Shown here: positions 25,935-35,621 of the stretch, one piece after another
Numbering within the stretch: position 1 is the first letter of the stretch
Layout of the letters: each line of letters opens with the position of its first letter
From: an uncultured Dehalococcoidia bacterium
GTDB taxonomy: Bacteria; Chloroflexota; Dehalococcoidia; Lucifugimonadales; CAZGRI01
Direction of reading: 5' to 3'
Assembly (NCBI GenBank): GCA_964528205.1
Contig: CAZGRI010000002.1
Coordinates: 6,912-50,197, forward strand
DNA: 43,286 bases
The notes under the pieces: model-generated
Told to the model about the DNA's origin: nothing
The model's database searches: none
What the model saw: only the letters and a program-made list of their open reading frames with translations
Program-made: the position numbers and the translations under genes

Positions 25935-27173
25935 GTGCTGCTGGAGAGAGCTTGGCACGACCTCTGGATCGGCCTTTTCGTGCTCCTCATAGTGATCGGT
26001 GTGTTCGCAGGGCAGGGCCTCGTCATTGGGCTCGGCGCGATGGGCCTTCTGGTGGCTGGCGTCGCCGGGCTCTGGAGCCGGCTCTCCTTGGACGAGGTCA
26101 CCTACACCCGACAGCTATCGCAGCAACGGGTCTTCATCGGTGAAGAGGTGACCCTGACCGTCACGCTCACCAACCGTAAGCCGGTGCCGCTGGGAAGAGT
26201 GAGGGTGGAGGATGACCTGCCCGAGTCCCTGGAGATATCCGATGCGGACATCGGCGCCAGCGCAAGCCCCAACACTCGGTCCCTGCGCCACTTTACGTCG
26301 ATGGCGTGGTACGAGAGGATCAGTTGGGAGTACAAGCTGAGGCCCACCGAAAGGGGCCTCTTCTACCTCGGCCCGGCGCAGCTCAGGAGCGGTGACCTGT
26401 TCGGCTTCTTCAGCTCGGACGCGCGCTCCCCCGACCGTGACCTGCTGCTGGTGTATCCCAGGGTGCTTCCGCTGCCGGAGCTTGGCATACCAGCTCTCCG
26501 GCCAATGGGTGAAGACAGTGGCGGGATAAGGATCTTCCAGGACCCCGCTCGACCCTCAGGGATCAGGGACTATCAGCGCGGCGACCCCCTCAAAACGGTG
26601 GACTGGAAGGCTACCGCGCGAATGCAGCGGCTGCAGGTCAGGACCTTCGAGCCCAGCTCGGCCATGACCATGGCACTGGCGGTCGGCATAGAGACAACCG
26701 CCCGTTACTGGGAGGGCTACTCGCCGGTGAACCTAGAGAGGGTGATCACCGCGGCGGCCTCGGTCGCCACCTACGCCTTCGAGAACCATCACATGCTTGG
26801 CCTGTTCTCCAACGGCACACCCATCCTCTCTGACCGGCCGATGAACGTTGCTCCCAGCAGGGCCCCCGACCAGCTCACGGTCGTGCTCGAGGCCCTGGCG
26901 ACGATAAGGCCGATGGCCCAGGGGCCGATGTCCTCCCGGCTAATGGAGCACGCCAGGGAGTTCCCTCTGGGCACCACAATCGTGCTGGTGGCGGCCCTGG
27001 TCCTCGAGGAGCTGGTGGAGACACTGTCCAGCCTGAAGCGGCAGGGCTTCGAGCTGGCGGTCATCTACGTCGGTGATGAGGACTGCCCCCAGCTACCAGA
27101 GGGCGTCGTTCTCCACGACATCCGAGAGCACTTCGCCAAAATGGAGCTAGCCGGTGAGTTCGGTCCAGCTTAG
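25935..27173 (+). CDS. DUF58 domain protein
   Basis: RGLF.LGP, DLFG, LVYP, IRDYQRGDPLKTVDWKATAR; directly after moxR. Confidence 0.92.
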   Translation: MLLERAWHDLWIGLFVLLIVIGVFAGQGLVIGLGAMGLLVAGVAGLWSRLSLDEVTYTRQLSQQRVFIGEEVTLTVTLTNRKPVPLGRVRVEDDLPESLEISDADIGASASPNTRSLRHFTSMAWYERISWEYKLRPTERGLFYLGPAQLRSGDLFGFFSSDARSPDRDLLLVYPRVLPLPELGIPALRPMGEDSGGIRIFQDPARPSGIRDYQRGDPLKTVDWKATARMQRLQVRTFEPSSAMTMALAVGIETTARYWEGYSPVNLERVITAAASVATYAFENHHMLGLFSNGTPILSDRPMNVAPSRAPDQLTVVLEALATIRPMAQGPMSSRLMEHAREFPLGTTIVLVAALVLEELVETLSSLKRQGFELAVIYVGDEDCPQLPEGVVLHDIREHFAKMELAGEFGPA

Positions 27174-28578
27174 GCTAGTCGTAGTTGCGACGCTGCTGTC
27201 GGAGAGCGCGTGGCTCTACGCGCTCGTCGCCGTGTCGGGGGTGATGTTAGGCACAGGCGCCAACCCTCTGACGTGGACCGCTGTTGTAGTCCTGCTGGCT
27301 CTGTCTTACATCGTCGCGCGAGGCATCGCCATGGTCGCGATGCCGATCACGGTCGCCTATGTTCTTCAGATGATTGCCGGTGCGACGGTCGTCTACGTGA
27401 TGATGGGCACTCAGGCCGACACGGGCGTTCGCGTCCTGGACCTGGGGTGGGCCGCTCACCTGTCCGGCACGACGGACGGGCCCGGCCAGGCCGGAGCCGT
27501 CGGCAATCTGCGGGGAGCCCTCTTGGGCGTGATGTGGTCGGTAGGCCTGTGGTGGCGAGGCGGCCGCACGGCCTCGCTCCTGGAGCCGCTGGTGAACCTG
27601 GAATCCGGCTTTCGGGTGGGCCTTGCGTCGCTGGCCGTCGCTACGACTCTGGAAATCTTCAACGGCGCCGACCTCAACATCTTCCCGGTGATGTTCCTTT
27701 TCTTCGCGTCGGGGCTGGTCGGCCTGAGCATCGGTCACCTCCTCCCGGCCTCCCGGACCGCCACCGAAGAGCGTGCCTGGACTCGAGTCATCGCGGGTGT
27801 GGTCGCGGCGATTCTCGTCGCCGGGCTCATGTTGAGCCTCCTTGGCCGCAGCGTTCTCTCGTGGGTGTCCACGCCCATCCTCACCGTTCTGGGCTGGCTT
27901 GCGACCGTGGTCCTCTACGTCGTTGTGCTGCCCATCGCCTTTGTCGTAGATTGGCTGACCCGGCTCGGGATATACCTGGTCGGCCTGATCGGCGCCGAAG
28001 AGGACGGCCCCGAGCAACAGGGGAGGTCGCTGGCCGAGCAGATTCGGGACCTGCAGGAGCGAGAGGTGCCTGAGTGGCCCGGCATGCTGCTGCAGGCGCT
28101 TGAGTACCTGGTCATCGCCATCGTGGCAATCGCTCTGCTATATATCATGGCCCGGGCGTTCCGCCGCAGGTACAGGCTGCGCCAGACCGATGCTGGAGGC
28201 GTCCACGAGTCGGTGAGGGAGGACGCCGATCCCGCATATGACCTGGCTCGGCTTCTTTTCAACCTGCTCCCCAGCAGGCTGAGACGGGTCAGCACCCGCC
28301 GCCAGTACAGGCTCCCCGACGACGAGTCGGGCGTCGTAGACGTCTTCCGCATCTACTTCGGCATGCTGACGCTGGCGGAGGAGAGGGGTCACCCTCGGCC
28401 CGCCGCCGAGACCCCGGCCGAGTACCAGCGGACGCTGGAGAGCATCTTTCCCGGTGAGCTGGTCCGGAGGGCGACCGCCGCGTTCAACCGAGCCTGCTAC
28501 GGCCACCGCCCCACATCCCCCGACGACATCGACGAGATGCGCACCGCTCTCGACCAGCTCCAGTCGGCGTCACGGTAG
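27154..28578 (+). CDS. Multi-TM membrane protein with C-terminal DUF4129
   Basis: Many hydrophobic helices; C-terminal RGHPRPAAETPAEY...TAAFNRACYG; third gene of the moxR-DUF58 cassette. Confidence 0.82.
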   Translation: MSSVQLRLVVVATLLSESAWLYALVAVSGVMLGTGANPLTWTAVVVLLALSYIVARGIAMVAMPITVAYVLQMIAGATVVYVMMGTQADTGVRVLDLGWAAHLSGTTDGPGQAGAVGNLRGALLGVMWSVGLWWRGGRTASLLEPLVNLESGFRVGLASLAVATTLEIFNGADLNIFPVMFLFFASGLVGLSIGHLLPASRTATEERAWTRVIAGVVAAILVAGLMLSLLGRSVLSWVSTPILTVLGWLATVVLYVVVLPIAFVVDWLTRLGIYLVGLIGAEEDGPEQQGRSLAEQIRDLQEREVPEWPGMLLQALEYLVIAIVAIALLYIMARAFRRRYRLRQTDAGGVHESVREDADPAYDLARLLFNLLPSRLRRVSTRRQYRLPDDESGVVDVFRIYFGMLTLAEERGHPRPAAETPAEYQRTLESIFPGELVRRATAAFNRACYGHRPTSPDDIDEMRTALDQLQSASR

Positions 28579-28587
28579 CGGTCGCCA

Positions 28588-29407
28588 GTGACGACACCGC
28601 TGGAGGACCTGGGGCTGGCGTCGGACCTCCTGGTCTATGAAGCGCTGGTCCTGACCGTGGTGTCCCTCGGTGTCGGCGTGCTCGGCGGATTCGTGGGCCT
28701 GGCGCTGGGGACCATGCGGCTGCCCGCAATGCTACTGATCGGCATGCCCGCGCCTGTCGCCGGCGGAACGAACATCCTAGTGAGCGGCCTCAGCGCGATG
28801 TCGGGCAGTCTGCGCCATCTTCGCGAGGGCCGTGTCGACCGGCGCATCCTGCTTGTGATGGGAGTGCCGGCTTTTATCGGCGCTTTCATCGGCGGATTCG
28901 GCAGCGAATCGGTGCCGGAGTCACTGCTGATCTTTCTCGCGGGACTGCTGGTCTTCTGGCAGGAGGTTCGAGCTCCTGGCGCGAGGCCGCATACTGGCTC
29001 CGGGGCAGGATTCAGCGGGACGCCAGGGGATGTTTACCCGAAACCGCGTGACCGCCGAGGGGCTCATCGGCCTGTCAGTGGGGCTGCTGGGTGGGGCCGT
29101 CGGGCTGATCCTCGGCAGCATCAGGCTGCCCGCCCTGATCCGGATACTGCGAATCGACCCGAGGATCGCCGCCGGCACCAACCTGTTCATAGGGTTCATC
29201 ATGGGCTCCGTTGGATGGGTGGGGCATGTGTTCAAGGGCCAGGTCGACTATCCGCTTCTGGTGCTGATGGGCTCGGCCGCGATGGCCGGTAGCTACTACG
29301 GCGCTCGCCTCACTGGCCGGGTGCGCCTGGACACGCTGCTCCTGAGCATGGGATGGGTGCTGTTGGTCGTCGGAGCGCTGCTGGTGTGGCAGGCCTTCCG
29401 ACCGTAG
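28588..29407 (+). pseudogene. TauE/SafE (TSUP) family exporter split by a +1 frameshift (pseudogene or sequencing error)
   Basis: The first repeat (GGFVGLALG..RLP..AGGTN) is in the frame of 28588; the second (GGAVGLILGSIRLP..AAGTN) is in the frame of 29030. Removing one base at about 28964 restores ...VFWQG-FELLARGR... Confidence 0.8.
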
Positions 29408-29433
29408 TCGTTGTCGGCCAGCCGCGTAGCCGT

Positions 29434-30618
29434 TCAGGCGCGGGGGAGGCCCAGGCCGCGGGTGGCGATGATGTTGCGCTGTATCTCCGAGGTCCCCGAG
29501 CGGATGGTCAGGGATATCGAGTCCATCCACTCCCAGGCCAGGCGGCCGTTGAGCGCCGCCAACCGCGAGTCCTTGTCGAGGACACCATAAGGCCCCAGCA
29601 TGCGGACTCCCAGCTCGTGGATGCGCTGTGCGATCTCGCTGCCCATCAGCTTGGAGATGGACGCCTCCCTGTTGGGCACGAGCCCCTGGCCCTGCATCCA
29701 GGCCACGCGGTAGGCCACCATCCTCCCGGCCTCGTTGGACGCCCAGAGCGCGGCCAGCCGGTTGCGGAACACGGCGTCCTCGCTGATCGGCCTGCTTCCG
29801 AGCTCCGTCTCGCGAGCCAGCTCTATCATCTCCTCCATGCTGCGCTGGTTCGAGGCAAACCGGGCGACTCCGGACCTCTCGAAGTCGAGGCTCGTGGCCG
29901 CCACGTACCACCCACGGTCTCTCTCTCCGATCAGGTTCGCCTTGGGGACCCGCACGTCTTCGAAAAAGACCTGGTTGAAGTAGTGGACGCCGAACAGGTT
30001 GATGATGGGTTTGACCTCGATTCGCGGCGTGTCCATGTCCACTACGAACACGCTGATGCCCCTGTGCCTGGGAGCTTTCGGGTCGGTCCTGGCCATGAGA
30101 TAGCAGTGGGTGGCCCGGTGGGCCCCGCTGGTCCAGACCTTGGCCCCGTTGAGGACGAAGTCGTCGCCGTCCTCGACGGCCCGGAGCTGAAGCGAGGCCA
30201 GATCCGACCCGGACTCGGGCTCGCTGAAGCCCTGGCAGTAGACGGCGTCGCCAGCGGCGATCGGAGGCAGGAGCCGTGACTTCTGCTCGTCGGTCCCGTA
30301 AAGCATGAGGGTCGGGCCCACCAGGTCCACGCCGATGCTCATGTCACGGGTGGGCGCGCGGAAGTAGGCCATCTCCTCGTTGTAGACCATCTGCTCGATG
30401 TGCGAGCGGCCCTGGCCACCGTACTTCTCGGGCCAGGCGAGAGTCAGCCAGCCCTTCTTTGCAAGACCCGACGTCAGCCTCCTGACCAGAGGCCAGTTGT
30501 GGATCTCGAAGTAAGCGTCGGGGTCGATGCCACGCCAGTTCGGCCCGAGGCGATCGATGAGGAATGACCGGACCTCTCGCCGGAAGTCCTCCTGTTGCTC
30601 CGTAAACCGGAAGTCCAT
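29434..30618 (-). CDS. Acyl-CoA dehydrogenase family protein (FadE26/FadE29-like)
   Basis: WPEKYGG, CQGFSEPESGSDLASL, NGAKVWTS, FNQVFFEDVRVP, LDFER, GTSEIQRNIIATRGLGLPR. Confidence 0.94.
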   Translation of the reverse strand: MDFRFTEQQEDFRREVRSFLIDRLGPNWRGIDPDAYFEIHNWPLVRRLTSGLAKKGWLTLAWPEKYGGQGRSHIEQMVYNEEMAYFRAPTRDMSIGVDLVGPTLMLYGTDEQKSRLLPPIAAGDAVYCQGFSEPESGSDLASLQLRAVEDGDDFVLNGAKVWTSGAHRATHCYLMARTDPKAPRHRGISVFVVDMDTPRIEVKPIINLFGVHYFNQVFFEDVRVPKANLIGERDRGWYVAATSLDFERSGVARFASNQRSMEEMIELARETELGSRPISEDAVFRNRLAALWASNEAGRMVAYRVAWMQGQGLVPNREASISKLMGSEIAQRIHELGVRMLGPYGVLDKDSRLAALNGRLAWEWMDSISLTIRSGTSEIQRNIIATRGLGLPRA

Positions 30619-30662
30619 GGGCTAGCAGACTCTAGCGAGCGTCGCCGGCTTCCACCTTTCGC

Positions 30663-31601
30663 TCACTCCGGCCAGGGTTGGCCTTCGATGTACCGGTGGG
30701 CGGCTATGGCGGCGGTCGCGCCGTCGCCGGCCGCGCTCACGAGCTGCGCCGCGGAGTTCTGCCGGATGTCCCCAGCCGCGAAGAGCCCGGGGACTGGCGT
30801 GCGCATCCATATGTCGGTCGGGATGTGCCCCCCGTTATCGAGAGGCAACAGGTCGCGCAGGTAGTCGGTGTTGGGGTCGAGGCCTATATATATGAAGAGC
30901 CCCTCCAGGTCTATGCGGGATGTCTCGCCCGAGGCCACGTCTGTCACGGCGACTCCTTCGACCTGGCCCTCGCCGATCACGGCGTCCACAACCGTGTCCC
31001 ATCTGACCTCGACCTTGGGGTGTCCCAGCACCCGGTCCTGTAGCACCTTCTGGCCCGAGAACCTGGAGCCTCTGCTGAGGACGGTAACCTTCGACGCGAA
31101 CTCCGTAAGGGTGACGGCCTCATCCAGGGCCGAGTCTCCGGCTCCGACCAGGCCCACCTCCTGGTCCATGAAGAAGGCGCCGTCGCAGGTCGCGCAGTAG
31201 GATACACCCGCGCCGTGCAGCTCATCCTCTCTGGGAACGCCCAGCTTTCTGAGGGTTGAGCCGCCAGCGAAGATAACGGACCTGGAAGACCACTCGCCAC
31301 CGTAGCCTTCGACCCGCCATGCGTCCCCGTCCTGCCGGACATCCGAGACCTCGGACAGCTCGATCTCCAGGCCGTATCGCGAGGCCTGGTCCATCAGCAG
31401 CGGGCCAAAGTCGGCCCCGGAGATGCCGTCGGGGAACCCGGGGAAGTTCTCGATTTTCTCCGCGTTGACGACCTGGCCGCCGGGCATCAGCCGCTCCAGC
31501 AGGACCGTCTTCAAGCCGGCGCGGCAAGCGTATAGCCCGGCGGTGAGCCCCGCCGCTCCACCGCCGACGATGACTACGTCGTGAATGGTCTTCTCTGCCA
31601 T
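30663..31601 (-). CDS. trxB: Thioredoxin-disulfide reductase
   Basis: GGGAAGLTA, IENFPGF, GVSYCATCDG, GAGDSA, GLFAAGD, AAGDGATAA. Confidence 0.92.
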   Translation of the reverse strand: MAEKTIHDVVIVGGGAAGLTAGLYACRAGLKTVLLERLMPGGQVVNAEKIENFPGFPDGISGADFGPLLMDQASRYGLEIELSEVSDVRQDGDAWRVEGYGGEWSSRSVIFAGGSTLRKLGVPREDELHGAGVSYCATCDGAFFMDQEVGLVGAGDSALDEAVTLTEFASKVTVLSRGSRFSGQKVLQDRVLGHPKVEVRWDTVVDAVIGEGQVEGVAVTDVASGETSRIDLEGLFIYIGLDPNTDYLRDLLPLDNGGHIPTDIWMRTPVPGLFAAGDIRQNSAAQLVSAAGDGATAAIAAHRYIEGQPWPE

Positions 31602-31621
31602 GCTCCGCTCTGGTGCCGGGT

Positions 31622-32950
31622 CTAGACCAGGCCCAGCTCGCGGACCTCCGAGATGGCCGCCTCGACCGCGCCTACCGTGTCGTCGATGTCCCGCTCGCCG
31701 TGGGCCGCCATGAGAAGGAACCTCGTCCCCGCATGGACGCCGTGGTTGATGAGGGCGAGATTGAGCTGGTTGGTCCTATCGGCGTCCGAGGCGACCTGCA
31801 TCTGTTCGGGTGACAGGACGCAGACCTCCTTGTCGCACTCATGGTCGACCCCGAGGCGCATGAACACGCTGGACGCGACCCCGCTGGCGCAGCCGGGGAT
31901 CTCCATTTTCGAGAACAGGTCGTTGAGGCCGTCTTTGAGCCTCGACGCCATGGAGTTGGCCGTCTCGGTAACCGACGTCGTTGCCACCAGCTCCAGTGCC
32001 TTTGTACCCGCCGCGGCAGACAGAGGGTTCGCGTTGAACGTCCCGTTATGGCCGATCCGGCGGCTGTGGTTGTACTCCGGGTCATCACGGGTCTCGATCA
32101 TGTTGATGATCTCAGCCTTGCCGGCTACCCCGCCGCCGGGCAGGCCGCCCCCGAGGATCTTCGCCATTGTCGTGACGTCCGGAGTGACGCCGTAGTACTC
32201 CTGGGCGCCGCCCTTAGATATCCTGAACCCTGTCACCACCTCGTCGAATATGAGCACTACCCCGTGCCGATGGGTCACGTCTCTGAGCTCCCCGAGAAAG
32301 CTGGGGGCCACGGCATACTGGCCCATATGGGCGCCGGTGGGCTCTAGAATGATGGCGGCGACGTCGCTCCTCTCCTGGAGCGTCTTCTCAACCAGTGATA
32401 TGTCACCGTGAGGTAACACGATTACGGTGTCCGACGTCTCCTGGGGAATGCCCCCGATGCCGCTGCTCCCCACCGACACGTAATCATGCCACCCGTGGAA
32501 GTGCTCCTTGAACTTGATGATCCGAGACTTGCCGGTGTACGCCCTGGCCATGCGCAGGGCCATCATGGTGGCTTCGGTCCCCGAGCTGTGGAAGCGGACC
32601 TTCTCGGCAGACGGGATCAGCTCCCTGACCTGCTCGCCCCAGCGGATCTCCAGGTCCGTGGAGGCGCTCAGATGCGTGCCCCTCTCCATCTGCGCGCTCA
32701 CCGCGGACACGATGTCGGGGTGGGAATGGCCCAGGATCATGGACCCGTGTCCCGTCCAGTAGTCGATCAGCCGGTTTCCGTCCACGTCCCACTTGTGAGG
32801 CCCCAGGCCGTGGGTCGCGTATATCGGGAAGGGTTTGAGCCGGCGGCCGTCGTGGGTCACGCCGTCGGGGAATATCTCCTTGGCTCTGGCGTGTCGCTCC
32901 GCGGAACCGGGGTGGAGCTTGATATAGCTTTCCTCTATAGGGGTGACCAT
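31622..32950 (-). CDS. Class III PLP aminotransferase, glutamate-1-semialdehyde aminomutase-like
   Basis: WDVDGNRLIDY, SGTEA, FHGWHD, FDEVVTGFR, AKILGGGLP (PLP lysine), GTFNANP. Divergent from canonical HemL, so no symbol is given. Confidence 0.9.
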   Translation of the reverse strand: MVTPIEESYIKLHPGSAERHARAKEIFPDGVTHDGRRLKPFPIYATHGLGPHKWDVDGNRLIDYWTGHGSMILGHSHPDIVSAVSAQMERGTHLSASTDLEIRWGEQVRELIPSAEKVRFHSSGTEATMMALRMARAYTGKSRIIKFKEHFHGWHDYVSVGSSGIGGIPQETSDTVIVLPHGDISLVEKTLQERSDVAAIILEPTGAHMGQYAVAPSFLGELRDVTHRHGVVLIFDEVVTGFRISKGGAQEYYGVTPDVTTMAKILGGGLPGGGVAGKAEIINMIETRDDPEYNHSRRIGHNGTFNANPLSAAAGTKALELVATTSVTETANSMASRLKDGLNDLFSKMEIPGCASGVASSVFMRLGVDHECDKEVCVLSPEQMQVASDADRTNQLNLALINHGVHAGTRFLLMAAHGERDIDDTVGAVEAAISEVRELGLV

Positions 32951-32996
32951 GGGGCTCCTTTCCGGTCCGTCGAGTCCGAGGACTGGCTGCTCTGTA

Positions 32997-34055
32997 TTAT
33001 AGTCCTGGAGGTGACGTTCGCAACGCCGCGCCGTCGAAAACCTGTAACCTGTGGCGGTGCTGTTCGGTGACGTATAGCCGACCGGCGTCGTCTAGCATCA
33101 GGGAGACGGGCCCCCAGAACAGCTTCTCTATGTGCGAGGACTCCTCGTGGGGGTCGTCGACGAAGAACTCGATCTCGGGCTCGAGGTCGGCCCTCGCTCG
33201 TGCCTCTGCCTCCTCAGTGTTGACACTCAGGAAGTCCTCCGCCCACGTGGAGTTCGTCGCCTCGCCCCTCAGCTTCTGCACGAACCGGTCGTCCGAGTCG
33301 AGGACCTGCACCCTCTCGTTGCCCCAGTCCGCGACGTAGACGTAGCCGTCGGCGTCCACGGCAACGCTGGCCGGGCGCACGAACTGGCCGTCGCCACGGT
33401 CGGTGCCACCGTACTCGGCCAGGAACTCTCCATCGGCGGAGAACAGCTGGACCCGGTCGTTGCCCCAGTCGGCTACGAACACCTCGCCGTCGGCATTGGC
33501 CGTCAGACCCCACGGGAGGTTGAGCTCTCCCTGGCCTCTCCCGGCGGCGCCGAAAGCTGAGAGGAACCGGCCCTCCTTCGTGAACCTCTGGACACGATGG
33601 CTCCGAGAATCCGACACCAGCAGGTTGTCGTCCGGGTCGAAGGCTATGCCGGACGGGCCGTCGAGCTCCCCTTCGTCCGCTCCGTGTGCGCCCCACCGGG
33701 AGATGAATTCACCCGACTCGGTAAATATGGTGATCCGGTGGAGTTGCTCGTCACTCACGTAGACCCGATCGTCTCTGTCGAGGGCGATGCCGCAGGGCCA
33801 CATGAGCTCACCGTCCCCTTCGCCCCTGGATCCGAATACCCCGAAGTACTCGCCCTCAATGTTTAGCGACGTGACTCTCACTGTGTCGTCGGTGGCCGCG
33901 CGCTCGGCTGACCGGCTCACGACGTAGATGCGCCTGTCTCCGCCCATGGCTGAATCTACAGGGTAGTAGAAGCCACGGCCCCGCATCGTCGTCATGCCGA
34001 CCGTGCGGCTGTACTTCAAGAATCGCTTTTGGTTCTTAGGCCTTGCTGTGGTCAT
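32997..34055 (-). CDS. NHL-repeat six-bladed beta-propeller protein
   Basis: Repeated G.G.G.L..P.GIA.D..D.VYV.D..N.RVQ.F units; no signal peptide. Confidence 0.92.
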   Translation of the reverse strand: MTTARPKNQKRFLKYSRTVGMTTMRGRGFYYPVDSAMGGDRRIYVVSRSAERAATDDTVRVTSLNIEGEYFGVFGSRGEGDGELMWPCGIALDRDDRVYVSDEQLHRITIFTESGEFISRWGAHGADEGELDGPSGIAFDPDDNLLVSDSRSHRVQRFTKEGRFLSAFGAAGRGQGELNLPWGLTANADGEVFVADWGNDRVQLFSADGEFLAEYGGTDRGDGQFVRPASVAVDADGYVYVADWGNERVQVLDSDDRFVQKLRGEATNSTWAEDFLSVNTEEAEARARADLEPEIEFFVDDPHEESSHIEKLFWGPVSLMLDDAGRLYVTEQHRHRLQVFDGAALRTSPPGL

Positions 34056-34103
34056 GGCCTCTGCTCAGTACGATCCTGACACTAAGGTCCATTGAGACGC
34101 CGA

Positions 34104-35543
34104 TCAGGCGCGCTGGAACTCGTGGGTAGCCGCGATTAGCTGTACGACATCGGCCACCCTCCGTCTGGCCGTCTCGTCGGACTCTAGTCCATCAACCTGG
34201 ATTTCTCCGCTCTTCGCAGCGTACGCCACGAGGCTGGACCGGGTGTCGTCCCGGACTGAGATGGCGCCCAGATGGTCGAGGCATACGTCGACGAGCCGTT
34301 GAGGTGTCACCGTACCGCCGTTGTCGGTGGCGAGCCGTCGCATAAGCGCCTGAGAGCCACGCGTTGCCGTGTCGCCGAGCTCCTCCGAGGCGAAGTTAAT
34401 CCGCTCCACCAACGCTCCAGTGTCTATCCAGGCCAGGCCTCCGTCCCAACCCTCGACCGAGGGAGGGTTGTGCAGACTCGGTCCCATGAAGTCCATACGC
34501 ATTCGCTTGCTAGTAGCCTCGTAGTATGGTCTGTCATAGCTTTCCGTGAGTCGAAGCACTCCGCTCACAAACTCGGACGGGCTCTTCACCTTCTCGTACC
34601 AGCAGCTTTCCGACTTGAAGAAATCGGAGTTGAACAGCGCGCTCAGCACCGAGCGCATGTCGTAGTCGTGATCGAAACAGGCCTGGGACAGCACATCGAT
34701 GGCCTCGGGGTCCCTCGGAGGCTGGTACGGCCACTGCGGTACCGGCGGCTCGTCTGCCACGAAAAAGTGGTACAGATGCCTGGATATGAACCGTGCAGTG
34801 GCGGGCTGCCGGCAGATGATGTCCACGATATCTTCCCCGTTGAACCTGCCTTTTTGCCCCAGGAACTCCTTCTCTCCGTCGTCGTGGTCTTCGGCGTCGT
34901 ACGCGAAGTGCCACGAGAGACGGCCGTAAGGCCAGTCCGAGTCCCTCTTCGACCGCAGCTCCATGTACTCCCGATTGCCGATGGTCCAGCCGGTGAAGGC
35001 CCGCGCGCACTCCTTTATGTCGTCTTCGGTGTAGTTGCCAACGCCCATGGAGAAGAGCTCGAGGAGCTCTCTGCCGTAGTTCTCGTTGATGGTCCCTTTG
35101 TGGTTCTGCTGGTTGTCGAGCCAGATGATCATGGCCGGGTCTTTGGACAGCTCCACCAGCAGAGTGCTGAGGTTGCCCATCGCGTAGCGCCTGAACATCC
35201 TGATCTGATCGGCGAGGGGCTTGGAGTTGATTACTTTGGCGTAGCCGGTGGCGAAGATCCCGTGCCAGAACAGCGCCATCTTCTCCAGGAGCGGCGCGCT
35301 CGTCGTCGTCATTCGGTATAGCCATGATTCGAGACCCGCGAAGCCCAGTAGCATGCTGGACTCATCTGGATGGTACCTTCGGATGAGGTATTCCGACATG
35401 CCGACTGGGTTGCTGGTATCCAGCATCCGTTCGACCGTCGCCTCGTAGCCGTCGCGAGCGTACCCCTCAAGCTCGTCGCGAGTTGCGCCGAAACCCGCTC
35501 GACGCATCAGGTGGGCCAATAGTTGGATGTCCTTGTCTGCCAT
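34104..35543 (-). CDS. DUF1800 domain protein
   Basis: HLMRRAGFG, EKMALFWH..FAT, DPAMIIWLD, NENYGRELLELFSMG, ARAFTGW, KVKSP, PPSVEGW, EFQ. Confidence 0.94.
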   Translation of the reverse strand: MADKDIQLLAHLMRRAGFGATRDELEGYARDGYEATVERMLDTSNPVGMSEYLIRRYHPDESSMLLGFAGLESWLYRMTTTSAPLLEKMALFWHGIFATGYAKVINSKPLADQIRMFRRYAMGNLSTLLVELSKDPAMIIWLDNQQNHKGTINENYGRELLELFSMGVGNYTEDDIKECARAFTGWTIGNREYMELRSKRDSDWPYGRLSWHFAYDAEDHDDGEKEFLGQKGRFNGEDIVDIICRQPATARFISRHLYHFFVADEPPVPQWPYQPPRDPEAIDVLSQACFDHDYDMRSVLSALFNSDFFKSESCWYEKVKSPSEFVSGVLRLTESYDRPYYEATSKRMRMDFMGPSLHNPPSVEGWDGGLAWIDTGALVERINFASEELGDTATRGSQALMRRLATDNGGTVTPQRLVDVCLDHLGAISVRDDTRSSLVAYAAKSGEIQVDGLESDETARRRVADVVQLIAATHEFQRA

Positions 35544-35592
35544 GTGACTTCTCTTTCCCTCTCTGCGTCCCGCTGTCTGCTAAGTTCTGGAG

Positions 35593-35621
35593 ATTGTACG
35601 TACGCTCGGGTGCGGGGTCAA
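35593..35621 (-). promoter_or_regulatory. Sigma70-type promoter for the DUF1800 gene
   Basis: Minus strand TTGACC (35621-35616), 17 bp, TACAAT (35598-35593). Confidence 0.65.

Noticed and set aside
33200-33850. Periodic DNA similarity that could suggest a CRISPR array or tandem repeat
   Set aside because: Explained by protein-level NHL repeats; the units are degenerate and in frame.
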